Assembly (NCBI GenBank): GCA_965238175.1
Contig: CBDEGZ010000003.1
Location: 1,568,001 to 1,632,000 of the forward strand
From: Gammaproteobacteria bacterium
GTDB taxonomy: Bacteria; Pseudomonadota; Gammaproteobacteria; CAJXQU01
Reading direction: 5' to 3'
Length of the DNA stretch: 64,000 bases
Part shown: positions 1 through 9,165 of the stretch, one piece after another
Layout: each line of letters begins with the position of its first letter
Position numbering within the stretch: position 1 is the stretch's first letter
The notes under the pieces: generated by a model
Told to the model about the DNA's origin: nothing
Seen by the model: only the letters and a program-made list of their open reading frames with translations
The model's database searches: none
Made by a program: the position numbers and the translations under genes

Positions 1-1853
1 CTACGGCCCTCATCAATATCACCATCACTTTCTCGCATGGCTCGTAATTGATCTGCCTGAAAGATTTGTAAATGATCTATATCGTAAATTTTGCCACCAC
101 CTGCTAATGTTTGTTTATCTCGACCAGCTACGCGAAGGTTTGATGGTTGCTGTTGATCCAAATCATCTCGGCTGGTGACATCACGACTGATAATGAGACT
201 GAGGTTCCTCTGTTTTAAATAATTTTTTAACTCATTCACATCAACGTTTTCTTGCGCAAACATCTGTTGCTCCGCCGGGGCTAATGTAGATGAGAGCATT
301 GCCGGACGAGAGCGTACTCTAACTTCAACGGGTTGCCACTCCCATAACGGACCCGAATAACTAACCAGTTGATCAGGATCCCAATAACTAATTGTCTTAT
401 TTATTCCACCCGGAATAACAGCACTGCCTGCGGTTTGAGTGCCGTTGGAAGATACTATGTTTTTCAATTTAAATGCATATCGCGATTGAGGACTGGTACG
501 GCTCCCTTCATTACTATCTTTACGTGTTTCTGTGGTGTGCGCCGCAATCAAGGTACTGTCAGAAAGCGGTAAAGGATCACGATATAAACCAGAATGATTA
601 GTTGATGGACTATTGCTTATATCAGAAGTGTCTTTGTGGGTAATATAATGAACGATTATATCTTCAGCACTTGTCGTTGGAGGTGCGCTCAATCCAATTA
701 TTTGTCCTGCGGCGTGACTACGAAAAGTTGGGGCATCAATACCATAATAAAATCCATCAACTGTCGGGTGTTCTCTAACTTGTAACATGTTTCTAATTGA
801 ATTTGGATTTGTTCTTGGGATTTGCCCATAATATTCTCGGACGTTGGAATCATCGTTAAATGTTCTCGGTAAATAATCATGTAGTTCATGCCGACCGATA
901 TGGTTAAGCGTTTCAATATCTGTTCCATCTTCATTTATCATCCATGGAAAGAAATGATTAAAACGATGGCCTTCGAGATTAGGGAAATTACTTATTTGGA
1001 TGCTGGAATCTCGAGGTTCAGGAAACACCTCAGTTCTGTCATTAAAGAGAGGCGTTGCATTGGCAGCCTCGCTGCTGAAATTAAAAGTTCCGTGTTGCAG
1101 GGCTTGTCCTGATGCCGCTCTTCGCCTATCAGCATCAGCCATTTGATCTTGCTGTAAGTGATCCCATTGAGTGAAGATGACCCGTCCAAACCTGTCAATA
1201 ATGGGTGTAAAGTTCCCCGAAGGTGCGTGGTTGAGTAAGGTCAGAGCACCGTTAGCAGGATCAAGTTTCCACAACCCAGTATTGGTTGCTTCCATTTCAT
1301 ATTCATCGAGTTGTGGGTAAAGGTGTCGCTCCCCATTTCTTGATCTATCACTGGTGAAAATAATCTTATCATCTGTTCCGTAGATTGGACTGATGTTATT
1401 GAAATTAGTGGGTTGATTTGCAATTTTTTTAATTACAGGTGTGTCAGTTTTACCTAGGCCTGTCATTTCATACATTTGCCAGAAGAAAGTCTTAACTTGA
1501 TAACGTTCGGTTGGAGCACCGACGATCATACTAAAAATAATTTTGTTTCCATCCCAATGGACAGATGGATTACGAACTGCAATGGCATTTGCCCCCTGAA
1601 AACCTGTTGTGCCATAACCGGCAGCGGCGGTAAGATTTTTTAGAGTACCATCCTGATATTTGATCCATAAATCACCACCGCGACCAACCCGTCTCATGCT
1701 GGCTTTATGATTCCCAAAGGTAGAACCAATCGTTGTGAAGTCGGCAGGGATGGGTACTTGTGTTACAAAAACAATTGGATTTGTTTGTGCAAAAACGTGC
1801 GTGGTAATAAGTGTGAGAAATAGAAAAGTGAGGTTGATAGTAGATAATTTCAT
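1..1853 (-). CDS. Large secreted beta-propeller protein, hydrazine synthase alpha (HzsA)-related family; 3' end runs out of the window
   Basis: Absent from the ORF track because no stop falls in the window. Manual translation from ATG 1853 gives a signal peptide (MKLSTINLTFLFLTLITTHVFA), then FVTQVP, RNPSVHWDGNKIIFSM, IIFTSDR, GRVIFTQWDH, NEDGTDIETLNH and FQADQLR. The frame is consistent to position 3 (over 600 codons). Confidence 0.75.
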   Translation of the reverse strand, partial: MKLSTINLTFLFLTLITTHVFAQTNPIVFVTQVPIPADFTTIGSTFGNHKASMRRVGRGGDLWIKYQDGTLKNLTAAAGYGTTGFQGANAIAVRNPSVHWDGNKIIFSMIVGAPTERYQVKTFFWQMYEMTGLGKTDTPVIKKIANQPTNFNNISPIYGTDDKIIFTSDRSRNGERHLYPQLDEYEMEATNTGLWKLDPANGALTLLNHAPSGNFTPIIDRFGRVIFTQWDHLQQDQMADADRRRAASGQALQHGTFNFSSEAANATPLFNDRTEVFPEPRDSSIQISNFPNLEGHRFNHFFPWMINEDGTDIETLNHIGRHELHDYLPRTFNDDSNVREYYGQIPRTNPNSIRNMLQVREHPTVDGFYYGIDAPTFRSHAAGQIIGLSAPPTTSAEDIIVHYITHKDTSDISNSPSTNHSGLYRDPLPLSDSTLIAAHTTETRKDSNEGSRTSPQSRYAFKLKNIVSSNGTQTAGSAVIPGGINKTISYWDPDQLVSYSGPLWEWQPVEVRVRSRPAMLSSTLAPAEQQMFAQENVDVNELKNYLKQRNLSLIISRDVTSRDDLDQQQPSNLRVAGRDKQTLAGGGKIYDIDHLQIFQADQLRAMRESDGDIDEGR

Positions 1854-1957
1854 TATAGTTCCCTTATGTTTTTGTTATGTAATTTGCGCTATTGTTATGC
1901 GCTTAGTCATCCATGATTTTGTATGGTTCAGCCGTCAAAATGAGTAGTGCGTGATTC

Positions 1958-1973
1958 TGTGAACTGATTCACA
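1958..1973. promoter_or_regulatory. CRP/FNR-family binding site (CRP consensus)
   Basis: Perfect TGTGA-actgat-TCACA about 105 bp upstream of the 1853 start codon. Confidence 0.55.
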
Positions 1974-2067
1974 AGAGTATTTTTTAGGACGTTTTATTCG
2001 TTCTGGAAGAAAACCAGAAAGATTGTTTCAGGTATCCTACCTAAATATAACTATTCCATTATTTGGA

Positions 2068-2328
2068 ACCTGCTCAAAACAAAACCCACTCGTGACAGTT
2101 ATGTATCATGATGGCAATACGATCACCTTCTTCAAGATCATATTTTGTGAGGGAAGCTTGCCAGCGATTAACATCTTTTTCAGTTTGTTCCTAACGATAA
2201 ATAATCTAACTTTTTGATAATTGATTGAATTGCCGATAAGCAATTGTATTCGGTGTGAGTTGTTATTGTTGACAGAAAAACCCTTGAGGAGTTGAAGGGT
2301 TTGTAACTTGAATGATACTATTTTTCAT
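2068..2328 (-). pseudogene. 5' remnant of a long-chain acyl-CoA synthetase (AMP-binding)
   Basis: MKNSII...TPNTIAYRQF...*EQTEKDVNRWQASLTKYDLEEGDRIAIMIHNCHEWVLF carries three in-frame stops, then a frameshift and truncation. GDRIAIMxxNCxEWV is typical of these ligases. Confidence 0.7.
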
Positions 2329-2383
2329 TGTCGTTATTTAGTGTTTTTTTTTAATTTTCACCAGCCAGAATCGAGTTTTAAAT

Positions 2384-2584
2384 ATGATCCATAATTTTCT
2401 TCGAGATTTTTTAAGTAAAAATATTGAAACTGCAATTAAGATTGGACAATGTCATGGCAAACCAGTTGCACTTAAAATACTTGCTAGAGAAATAGATAAA
2501 GATGGCTATCAGTCTTTTGAATCTAAAAATAATGCCTGGCTTACGGATTGTATTTCAGTAAAATATTTAACTACTAATAATTAA
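2384..2584 (+). pseudogene. kptA: C-terminal fragment of RNA 2'-phosphotransferase (KptA/Tpt1)
   Basis: LSKNIETAIKIGQCHGKPVALKI...DGYQSFESKNNAWLTDCISVKYL matches the KptA C-terminus (LS.D.ETA..VG.RHGKP...F..S.NGVWLT). The N-terminal two-thirds is missing. Confidence 0.7.
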
Positions 2585-3114
2585 AAGTTTTTATGTCAAG
2601 AATGATGTCACAACTTTATTGCTTGAAAGAAGAGATCGTTGATCTATGCAACACGATCAGAGATAAATTAAGTTCGTCTCAATACTTTCTTCGAGAAAAA
2701 CCGTACGACTTATTTGATTTTAATCACTATCAAAAAAATCGTGAGTTTGATGTAATTCTATTTTCAAGCCGTGTTATTACTTTTTACACGATAATTTTAT
2801 TTGGGTGACCGCTCGGTTAGCGGAATTCAAGAGTCATCGTTTTCCTTTTCTGGTGATAACGAGGCGCTAATTGGAGATGCGAAAATCATTTCAAGAGTTT
2901 TGAAGAAAATAACCAAAGCGGGTGTTTTCATTAAAAACCCTGTTAGTGGTGCCGAGCAGTACTACAAGAAGTTTAGGTATTCTGAAGGTGCAGCGCAAAT
3001 GTTTCGTCAGGGTACCCCGCTTTTACCAATCGCTGGCCATTGTATCGGAAGAGTGCCTAACGAGAATGACTAAAATTAAACAAATGTTATTATTAGCAAC
3101 TTAAGGAAAATATC

Positions 3115-3537
3115 ATGCAACTTTGGACATCATGCGAAGGCACTGGTAGCTTTCCAGACAAAGCAAACCAGATATTCAATGGCTTCGAACAGAAGTTCAA
3201 TGATTATATTAACGAAAATAGCTATGGTAATGGATTGAAGGAATGGTCTGTCATATTTATTATCGCCGGTGGGCCGCTGGATCCAGGTTTTACTGAAAGA
3301 ACCATGGTAAAGAGAAGCTCACAGGATATGGACTTTCGTTTACGTGTAGATTTTGAGGCTTTTAAAAAAGGTAACACACAAAAGCGCACTTTTCTAATGC
3401 ATAATACTTTGCTTCGATCCCTAGATATTCTCGCAGCCAAGAAGGTCAAAGACTTCGACCTAGACAGCTTAAGAAAAGATTTTGAGGCTTGCGCAGACTT
3501 GAATGGTTGGAATGTCGAACCTGATAAAGCCGTCTGA
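3115..3537 (+). CDS. Imm44-like polymorphic-toxin immunity protein
   Basis: 140 aa with RBS AAGGAA. Motifs YGNGLKEWSVIFII, ERTMVKR..DFRLRVDFEAF and LLRSLDIL..KKVKDFD resemble the Imm44 family. Confidence 0.65.
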   Translation: MQLWTSCEGTGSFPDKANQIFNGFEQKFNDYINENSYGNGLKEWSVIFIIAGGPLDPGFTERTMVKRSSQDMDFRLRVDFEAFKKGNTQKRTFLMHNTLLRSLDILAAKKVKDFDLDSLRKDFEACADLNGWNVEPDKAV

Positions 3538-3583
3538 AATACTCTTTGGAGCAAGGTATAGATTTTAAGTAAGATACAACATA

Positions 3584-3970
3584 ATGAATAGATTGACCTT
3601 TAGAACGATGTTTGGTGGGCCCGATACACCTAACATCTACAGAGAAGAACTCAGATCCATCAAGAGAGGACTAGAGAAAGTAACGTTTGTATACGAGATT
3701 GATTTTAGCTTAACCTTTGGCGGCCAATTCATTAAAGTAACGAAGCCCTTAGGCTTGGATTCGCCGAGAATTTGGACTAACAAAGAAAAAGTCACCGGAA
3801 CAATTTTTATACCAAAAGCAGATACTACCAAACAAAGCGACCATGCCCAGTTTTTGAGAAAGATTATTTATGAAAGCCTTATCACTGTTTTCAAAAAAAT
3901 GGAAAAGAAGAAAATTATTAGCGATGCTGAAAGTGAAATAAAAAAGGTATCTTTCCTGGTAGAAAATTAA
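3584..3970 (+). CDS. Imm12-like immunity protein
   Basis: 128 aa with N-terminal FGGP, EIDFSLTFGG, TIFIP and C-terminal KKMEKKKI, resembling the Imm12 family. Confidence 0.55.
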   Translation: MNRLTFRTMFGGPDTPNIYREELRSIKRGLEKVTFVYEIDFSLTFGGQFIKVTKPLGLDSPRIWTNKEKVTGTIFIPKADTTKQSDHAQFLRKIIYESLITVFKKMEKKKIISDAESEIKKVSFLVEN

Positions 3971-4131
3971 CTTTTTTCTGTACAGACATCAAATCTACCA
4001 AGCCTGATTCACTAAAGGATACGCTTAGACTTTACCCTGCAGATAGATTTTTTTAGTATTGACTGGACAAAAAAGATCAGAGTGCAAAATTACTCAGGTA
4101 ATGAAGCCTGAAAAAATGTAAAAAACACTTT

Positions 4132-4557
4132 ATGAGATTGAGCACAATTGATAGCAAGCTTTCTACTATATTTCTAAATGTCTCCAACCTCAGTGAAGCT
4201 AAAGAATTATATGAGATAGTTTTTTGGCATTGCTATACTGTTCTGAATAAAAATATAAGACAGGAATTGGAAGAGGAGGCTGCTTTTTCTTGTTTGAAAT
4301 ATCAAAAACTACCATTATCCGATTTTCTGGATAAGCTTTGTGAGACGTTTGATAAGCGCTATTTTGAACTTGAAGAAAAGGGTGAGATTGAAGCTTCTGA
4401 TAAGTATTTTAAAAAAGCCAGAATAGCAGCTTCTGTTGCTCAGGCAAACAGAGCTGAAAACAATAAAGACTATGCCGAAGCAGCATATGAAGCGTTAATG
4501 ACAAGTAGTGATCCAAAGGCTCAAGCAGCGTCTATTGTTTTTTATCTGATTGCTTAG
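4132..4557 (+). CDS. Hypothetical protein, probable immunity protein
   Basis: 141 aa, helical. FDKRYFELEE...YFKKARIAAS...EAAYEA pattern; co-oriented within the immunity array. Confidence 0.55.
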   Translation: MRLSTIDSKLSTIFLNVSNLSEAKELYEIVFWHCYTVLNKNIRQELEEEAAFSCLKYQKLPLSDFLDKLCETFDKRYFELEEKGEIEASDKYFKKARIAASVAQANRAENNKDYAEAAYEALMTSSDPKAQAASIVFYLIA

Positions 4558-4650
4558 AGATAACATTCTCACCGCTACAGCAATCTTGTAAATTACTCCA
4601 ACAATTAAATTCATTTAAACACTAATAAGAGCACCACAATTCCTGAAACC

Positions 4651-5115
4651 ATGGAATTCAAGCTTATGTTTAATCGCCATATTGATAGACGGGTATTGCA
4701 TAATTTTCTATTGAAAGAAGGATTAGGTTCCATCGATGATTTTTATTCCCTTGAACAAGTAATAAATACTTTGCTTTGGCAATGTGAAGCTATTTTCGAT
4801 CTAGATATATTCTCTGATAGTAAACCTATTTATGAAACAGTGGAGGATATCTTTGAGAGCAATACATCTAACTGGAATATCATTGGTGTTAGATATTATG
4901 TTGCTTCCTTGCCTAAAGAATACCTAGCAATATTAATTGAATATATTCAAATTATCATTGAAAAATTCCAGCTGAAAATACTGTTTTTTGGTAATAAGGT
5001 AAGTTTAAAAACGTTAGCATTTGAGATTAATGAAGTAATCAATAGCATTGAAGAGGAATTCTTTGAAGTTGGTTCTGAGGAGTTATTGGCGCACATTGAG
5101 ATGAGCTACAAGTAA
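4651..5115 (+). CDS. Acidic hypothetical protein, probable immunity protein
   Basis: 154-aa acidic ORF in an AT-rich, co-oriented array. Confidence 0.5.
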   Translation: MEFKLMFNRHIDRRVLHNFLLKEGLGSIDDFYSLEQVINTLLWQCEAIFDLDIFSDSKPIYETVEDIFESNTSNWNIIGVRYYVASLPKEYLAILIEYIQIIIEKFQLKILFFGNKVSLKTLAFEINEVINSIEEEFFEVGSEELLAHIEMSYK

Positions 5116-5605
5116 AATCTCGTATTTTTCAGAAAACAAGGTAACCCCTACGGCAGCAGAAGTTTATTCCGCTATAATGAAAAAGGCGAATGTAGAAAAA
5201 AATAAACAGATAGGGACTGAAACAGCCGTTAGTGCACCAATCCCTTCTAAATATACAAATAATAAACATTAGAACTAGAAGAGCTACAATAATTACCTCG
5301 GGTAAGTACCCTGTAGAGAGGAGGATTTCTCGAACTTAGCACTAAAAGTAATCCAATGATTACCGCTCCAGTAATATTTATCATGAATATATATTGCTAA
5401 GGTTATTATAAATAACAGACTTGTGTAAAGTATCGTAAAAAATTTCATAGAATAAACTTAATGAGTAAATTTAATTATTATTACAAAATGGGATGACATC
5501 AAGAATATAACAGGATTAATTATATTTTTGAGTAAAAGGGGGCGAAGCCTGAGGGATCCCCACAAAACCCGATCCAATCGGGATCAACGGTGGCTAAGGA
5601 GTCAA

Positions 5606-5856
5606 GGGTATGTGACTGATACCTGTATCTGGTTTGACCCAGTGGGCGTTACGGCGTTTATGTCTTCAAAGTAAAAGGAGAATGCTACGTCGGTAAAGGT
5701 GAACGGGCCAGAATGGAGGCGTCAAAGAGAGCAAGCCGAGATTGGCTAAATGTCAAACTTGATGGCCAGAAAATTTTTAACAATGCAACAAATACTCAAA
5801 AAATGGCGGCTGACGCTACAGCGGCTAGAATAAAGTCATCGTTTGGGACCTGTTGA
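5606..5856 (+). pseudogene. Orphan Rhs C-terminal tip with GIY-YIG-like toxin motif, frameshifted
   Basis: GYVTDTCIWFDPVG (Rhs-type YVxD..W.DPxG junction) at 5606-5647. Another frame then reads YGVYVFKVKGECYVGKGERARMEASKR... to TGA 5854-5856. Confidence 0.6.
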
Positions 5857-5875
5857 ATGTTAGGTAGAGACAGAT

Positions 5876-6391
5876 ATGGAAATTGATATTGGAAAGTATG
5901 GCAAATTAGATGTAATTGAAGACTTATCGAATGATAATTTTAAGTTTAGTGGAGATGCAGAGGTAGATACGGAGTTCTCAAAGAATCTCGAAATATTGGT
6001 TTTCACTAATAATTGTTCCGCCTAATTTATTGAATATATTCAAACCGCTTTCCATAAACTGGATGATCTAATCGCAATTTCAATCAAGGCATTAGATGAA
6101 GATCAAAATTCCATTTTTGAAGAATATATAAGCGACTGGGTTGCATTTCTCGAGAATGAAACCAACTTGCAGGAATTTGTTCCAGAAATGATTCCGGGCG
6201 AAAAGAAGATTGAACAGTATTTACGGGACGAAACTCGATTAAATTTGGGAATAATCTCCACTAACGAAGGGGGTGAATTTAGGTTTAATTTAGACTTTCT
6301 GTTAGGTGATCATCCAGTTTTTTTCGACAACTTGCTTACGGTAGCATTTGATGAAAACTTAGATTTTTTGGAAATGCACACTGATGGATAG
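5876..6391 (+). pseudogene. Putative cognate immunity gene (DUF2004-like C-terminus) with one premature stop
   Basis: ATG 5876 is in frame with ORF 6167-6391, separated by a single TAA at 6023-6025. Acidic; ends in DNLLTVAFDENLDFLEMHTDG. Confidence 0.6.
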
Positions 6392-6727
6392 CACGCTAGT
6401 CAAACTTAGAACCTCCGAGCCAAAATCAGGCGATGAGCGACTTTCGTACCTTGACCGTTTCAACAGGAGAACATAGAGTCAGGCCTTACATTTGACACAG
6501 AATAGAGTGCATAGAAGCTGGAGAGAATGTCAATTGCAAGGCCTTGTACCTGACCTGAGGGACTTTTGACCTTGAGGAAAAGGTTAGAGACAGGTTTTGG
6601 TTCCATCAGAATCAAACAGGCTTTAGAGGTGCTCCATGATCCTGAGTAATAGAGCTCAATACCGTCATAATAACAGAAAAGATAAGGGTAATTATTTTCC
6701 AAAGTGAGTTTTTTCAGGAGCAATTAA

Positions 6728-7564
6728 ATGCACTACACTAATATCTTTTTCCGTTTCTTTTCAGCAAAAGTTTTGGTTTTATTCCTGATTACATGTGCAC
6801 AAGCCGAACCGAACCGCATCTCGTTAGAGATTGAACTCCCCAATAGAACTAGCGACCTTAGGGGTATTTTGCCCCACGGAACTGATGATTTTTCTATTAT
6901 TTCTGAAACGAAAACTATCAACATCGCCCCAGATGGGAAGGAATCACTTTTAACCGATCAAGGAGAAAGATATAAGCCTTGCGACACTCATAATATTACA
7001 GCTAATGACAATGGTGTTGTGAATATTACTCAAAGCAATGGAGAATCAATACTCTATAACTTAATGGACGTGCTTCCCAAAAATATTGAATATTATTCAG
7101 ACAGAGTAAGTATTTCATGCAACCTTCAATATCTATTTTATTATGATGATTACGGCGATGGTTTAATCGTCGTAGATATCGTGAACAATGATTTGCTAGG
7201 CAGTCCGCTGTGGTTGTCTGGACAAAACCTGTCTGTTGTTGATCCCACAGGAAGATACGCACTCCTAGTTTCTACATCTCTCAGTGAATATCTTTTGTGG
7301 GAGTTTCCCAATAAATTAGTGAGTAGAATTTCCGTTAAGCTTGAGTTAGATGTTCCTAGGTTTTCAGGGGATGGAAGTGTCTTTACGATTCGACGGTATA
7401 ACGATAATCAAGAAGGTAATATTGTTGAAGTATACTTGTCTTCTAGCGGTGTGTATTTAGAAAGCTTTGCTTTGAATTTTCACGCAATATCAAACAGCGG
7501 AAACTACTTGTTAGGTGTTGACGAGGATGAGAGCACCTTAAAGGTATATAGAATTACGCATTAA
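6728..7564 (+). CDS. Exported hypothetical protein, beta-propeller-like
   Basis: 278 aa, RBS AGGAG, signal peptide ending AQA, repeated turns such as APDGK, DPTGRY, FSGDGS and SNSGNY. Confidence 0.65.
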   Translation: MHYTNIFFRFFSAKVLVLFLITCAQAEPNRISLEIELPNRTSDLRGILPHGTDDFSIISETKTINIAPDGKESLLTDQGERYKPCDTHNITANDNGVVNITQSNGESILYNLMDVLPKNIEYYSDRVSISCNLQYLFYYDDYGDGLIVVDIVNNDLLGSPLWLSGQNLSVVDPTGRYALLVSTSLSEYLLWEFPNKLVSRISVKLELDVPRFSGDGSVFTIRRYNDNQEGNIVEVYLSSSGVYLESFALNFHAISNSGNYLLGVDEDESTLKVYRITH

Positions 7565-7789
7565 ATTTTTAGCTGCCTGCTGAGAGATAATGATAGATGC
7601 TGGACTTTGAGAGGCCAAAGGTTTTTATGAGATGACTGATCTTTTCTCTGTCAGCTCGGTACTGTTTCAGCTCCTTTGCTTCATTCGCTTACGCTTGCCT
7701 AGGTGGACGCAATTTTAGGATCGTTCTGAAGCAGATTTGAAAGCAAGAACATGGAAAGCTCATATATGGTCTCCTCCCGTATTGCAAGA

Positions 7790-8008
7790 TAAAACATTCA
7801 GATAACAGGGACAGGATTGCTGTCATATATACGGCCTTCAATGAAGTTTTCAACTTCTGACCTGGATGTATTACGCGCCTATTTTCCTTATCAGGTTATC
7901 GGTATTAGTTACCCCTGAGCTCGACAGGTTTTCAATAGGCTGGTTTGACCTGTTATGCCATCTTTAGTTTTACCTTCGCAATTCGTTGAAATGATTTGTT
8001 CTCTCTAT
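7790..8008 (-). ncRNA. Predicted bridge/seek RNA of the IS1111 element (ends approximate)
   Basis: Contains guide-like segments matching both strands of the reconstructed empty target (7914-7921, 7891-7899) and the circle junction (7823-7830, 7865-7869), separated by small hairpins. Confidence 0.75.
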
Positions 8009-9022
8009 TTAGGCCGGTGAGTAGTCATCACCAGAAACCGTTATAGCCCAGGCCATTCTTGCCATTTTGTTGGCATACGCCACACACGCTCGATTATGCC
8101 CCCGCGTCTCAACTAAACGATTAATCCATTGACTCAGTTTATCGCCTTTCGTTTTGGCTCTTGATACCACGGCCTTCGCGCCTAGAATTAACAAACAACG
8201 AAGGTATTTATTGCCGCGTTTACTGATCCCCAGTAGCACCTCTTTACCACCACTACTGTACTGTCGTGGAACAAGTCCTAATGAGGCGGACACATCGCGC
8301 CCTTTGTGATAATGAGCGCCGTTTCCCACTTCATTAAAATACGCGCTCGAGACCATCGGCCCAAACCCTGGAATAGTTTGTAAGCGTTGGCAAATCGCAT
8401 TGTTTTTTGCCGATTGAATGATCAATTGGTCAAATGTCGCAATACAGGCATCAAGTGATTGCCATTGTTCCTTTAGCTGGCGCAGTATCCTTTTGAAAGT
8501 AACGGACAACCGTTCGTTCTCATCACTTAATAGCAACGGGATAGATTGACGTAGGGTATTTAGGCCGGGACGAAGGCTAATGCCATATTCTGCAACAAGC
8601 GCTCTCATTTGGTTACATAATGCGGTTCTTTGTCTGACCGCTAAGTCTCTTGCTTTATGTTGTGCCTGGTTGTCTTGTTGCTCAACTGATTTAATGCCCA
8701 CACTTTTTAAATGAGGTTGTTTCGCAGCAACGGCGATGGCCAAGGCATCGTTATAATCATTCTTATTGCCGATTAGAAATGCGTTAACATGCTGAGGTGG
8801 TAGTAATTTCACCTGATGTCCCTGTTGTTGTATCGCTCGGGCCCAATACTGTGACGTTGCACAAGATTCTATTGCGACTAAACAAGGAGGTTGAGATTGA
8901 AAAAAGGAGAGTACCTGCGCTCGCTTTAACATTTTCTTTTTGATTATACGCCCTTGTTGATTACAGCAGACAGCATGAAATACGTTTTTTGCTATGTCTA
9001 ACCCGATTGTTGTAGTCTTCAT
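8009..9022 (-). CDS. IS110 family recombinase/transposase
   Basis: IGLDIAK, IESC and KNDYNDA (DEDD RuvC-like domain) plus catalytic-serine motif YSSGGK. Probable start MKTTT at 9022 behind RBS AGAGGAG. Confidence 0.95.
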   Translation of the reverse strand: MKTTTIGLDIAKNVFHAVCCNQQGRIIKKKMLKRAQVLSFFQSQPPCLVAIESCATSQYWARAIQQQGHQVKLLPPQHVNAFLIGNKNDYNDALAIAVAAKQPHLKSVGIKSVEQQDNQAQHKARDLAVRQRTALCNQMRALVAEYGISLRPGLNTLRQSIPLLLSDENERLSVTFKRILRQLKEQWQSLDACIATFDQLIIQSAKNNAICQRLQTIPGFGPMVSSAYFNEVGNGAHYHKGRDVSASLGLVPRQYSSGGKEVLLGISKRGNKYLRCLLILGAKAVVSRAKTKGDKLSQWINRLVETRGHNRACVAYANKMARMAWAITVSGDDYSPA

Positions 9023-9165
9023 TTTGGTCTTCTCCTCTTTTGATTGTGTGTATGTCAGTTCAATCATGGCACCTAGATGCCGTTAGGGGGAGGAGACCAT
9101 CACATCAGGTTATGTTCGATCATAAGTCAGGGTAGTTTATAAACTTTTAGGTAATATATCGTGAT

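Larger units (their letters stand above)
7763..9107 (-). mobile_element. IS110 family, IS1111 group insertion sequence (about 1345 bp)
   Basis: Perfect 13-bp subterminal inverted repeats ATGGTCTCCTCCC (7766-7778) and GGGAGGAGACCAT (9088-9100). Core TCA is present at both junctions (7760-7762 and 9105-9107). About 245 bp of non-coding DNA lies downstream of the transposase. Confidence 0.93.

Noticed and set aside
1-1853. Evidence for anammox metabolism
   Set aside because: The surrounding genes are gammaproteobacterial, HzsA-like propellers occur outside anammox bacteria, and no hzsB or hzsC is seen.
369-1947. Short ORFs of 60-78 aa in the ORF track
   Set aside because: They are shadows of the long minus-strand gene at 1-1853.
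2801-3104. AHH-nuclease toxin tail upstream of the Imm44-like gene
   Set aside because: Only a vague resemblance at the C-terminus and no catalytic motif visible; kept only as a generic remnant.
5535-5600. GC-rich palindromic patch (CCCGATCCAATCGGG) as an ncRNA or attC
   Set aside because: Single short hairpin with no core sites and no second copy.
7700-9165. IS1111 inserted in an attC site (GTTATGT follows the right junction, as in attC-targeting IS1111 elements)
   Set aside because: There is no inverse core or inverted arms to the left and no matching ACATAAC after the downstream gene. The empty site instead reads as a decayed ORF (DRSEADLKARTWKAQVMFDHKSG).
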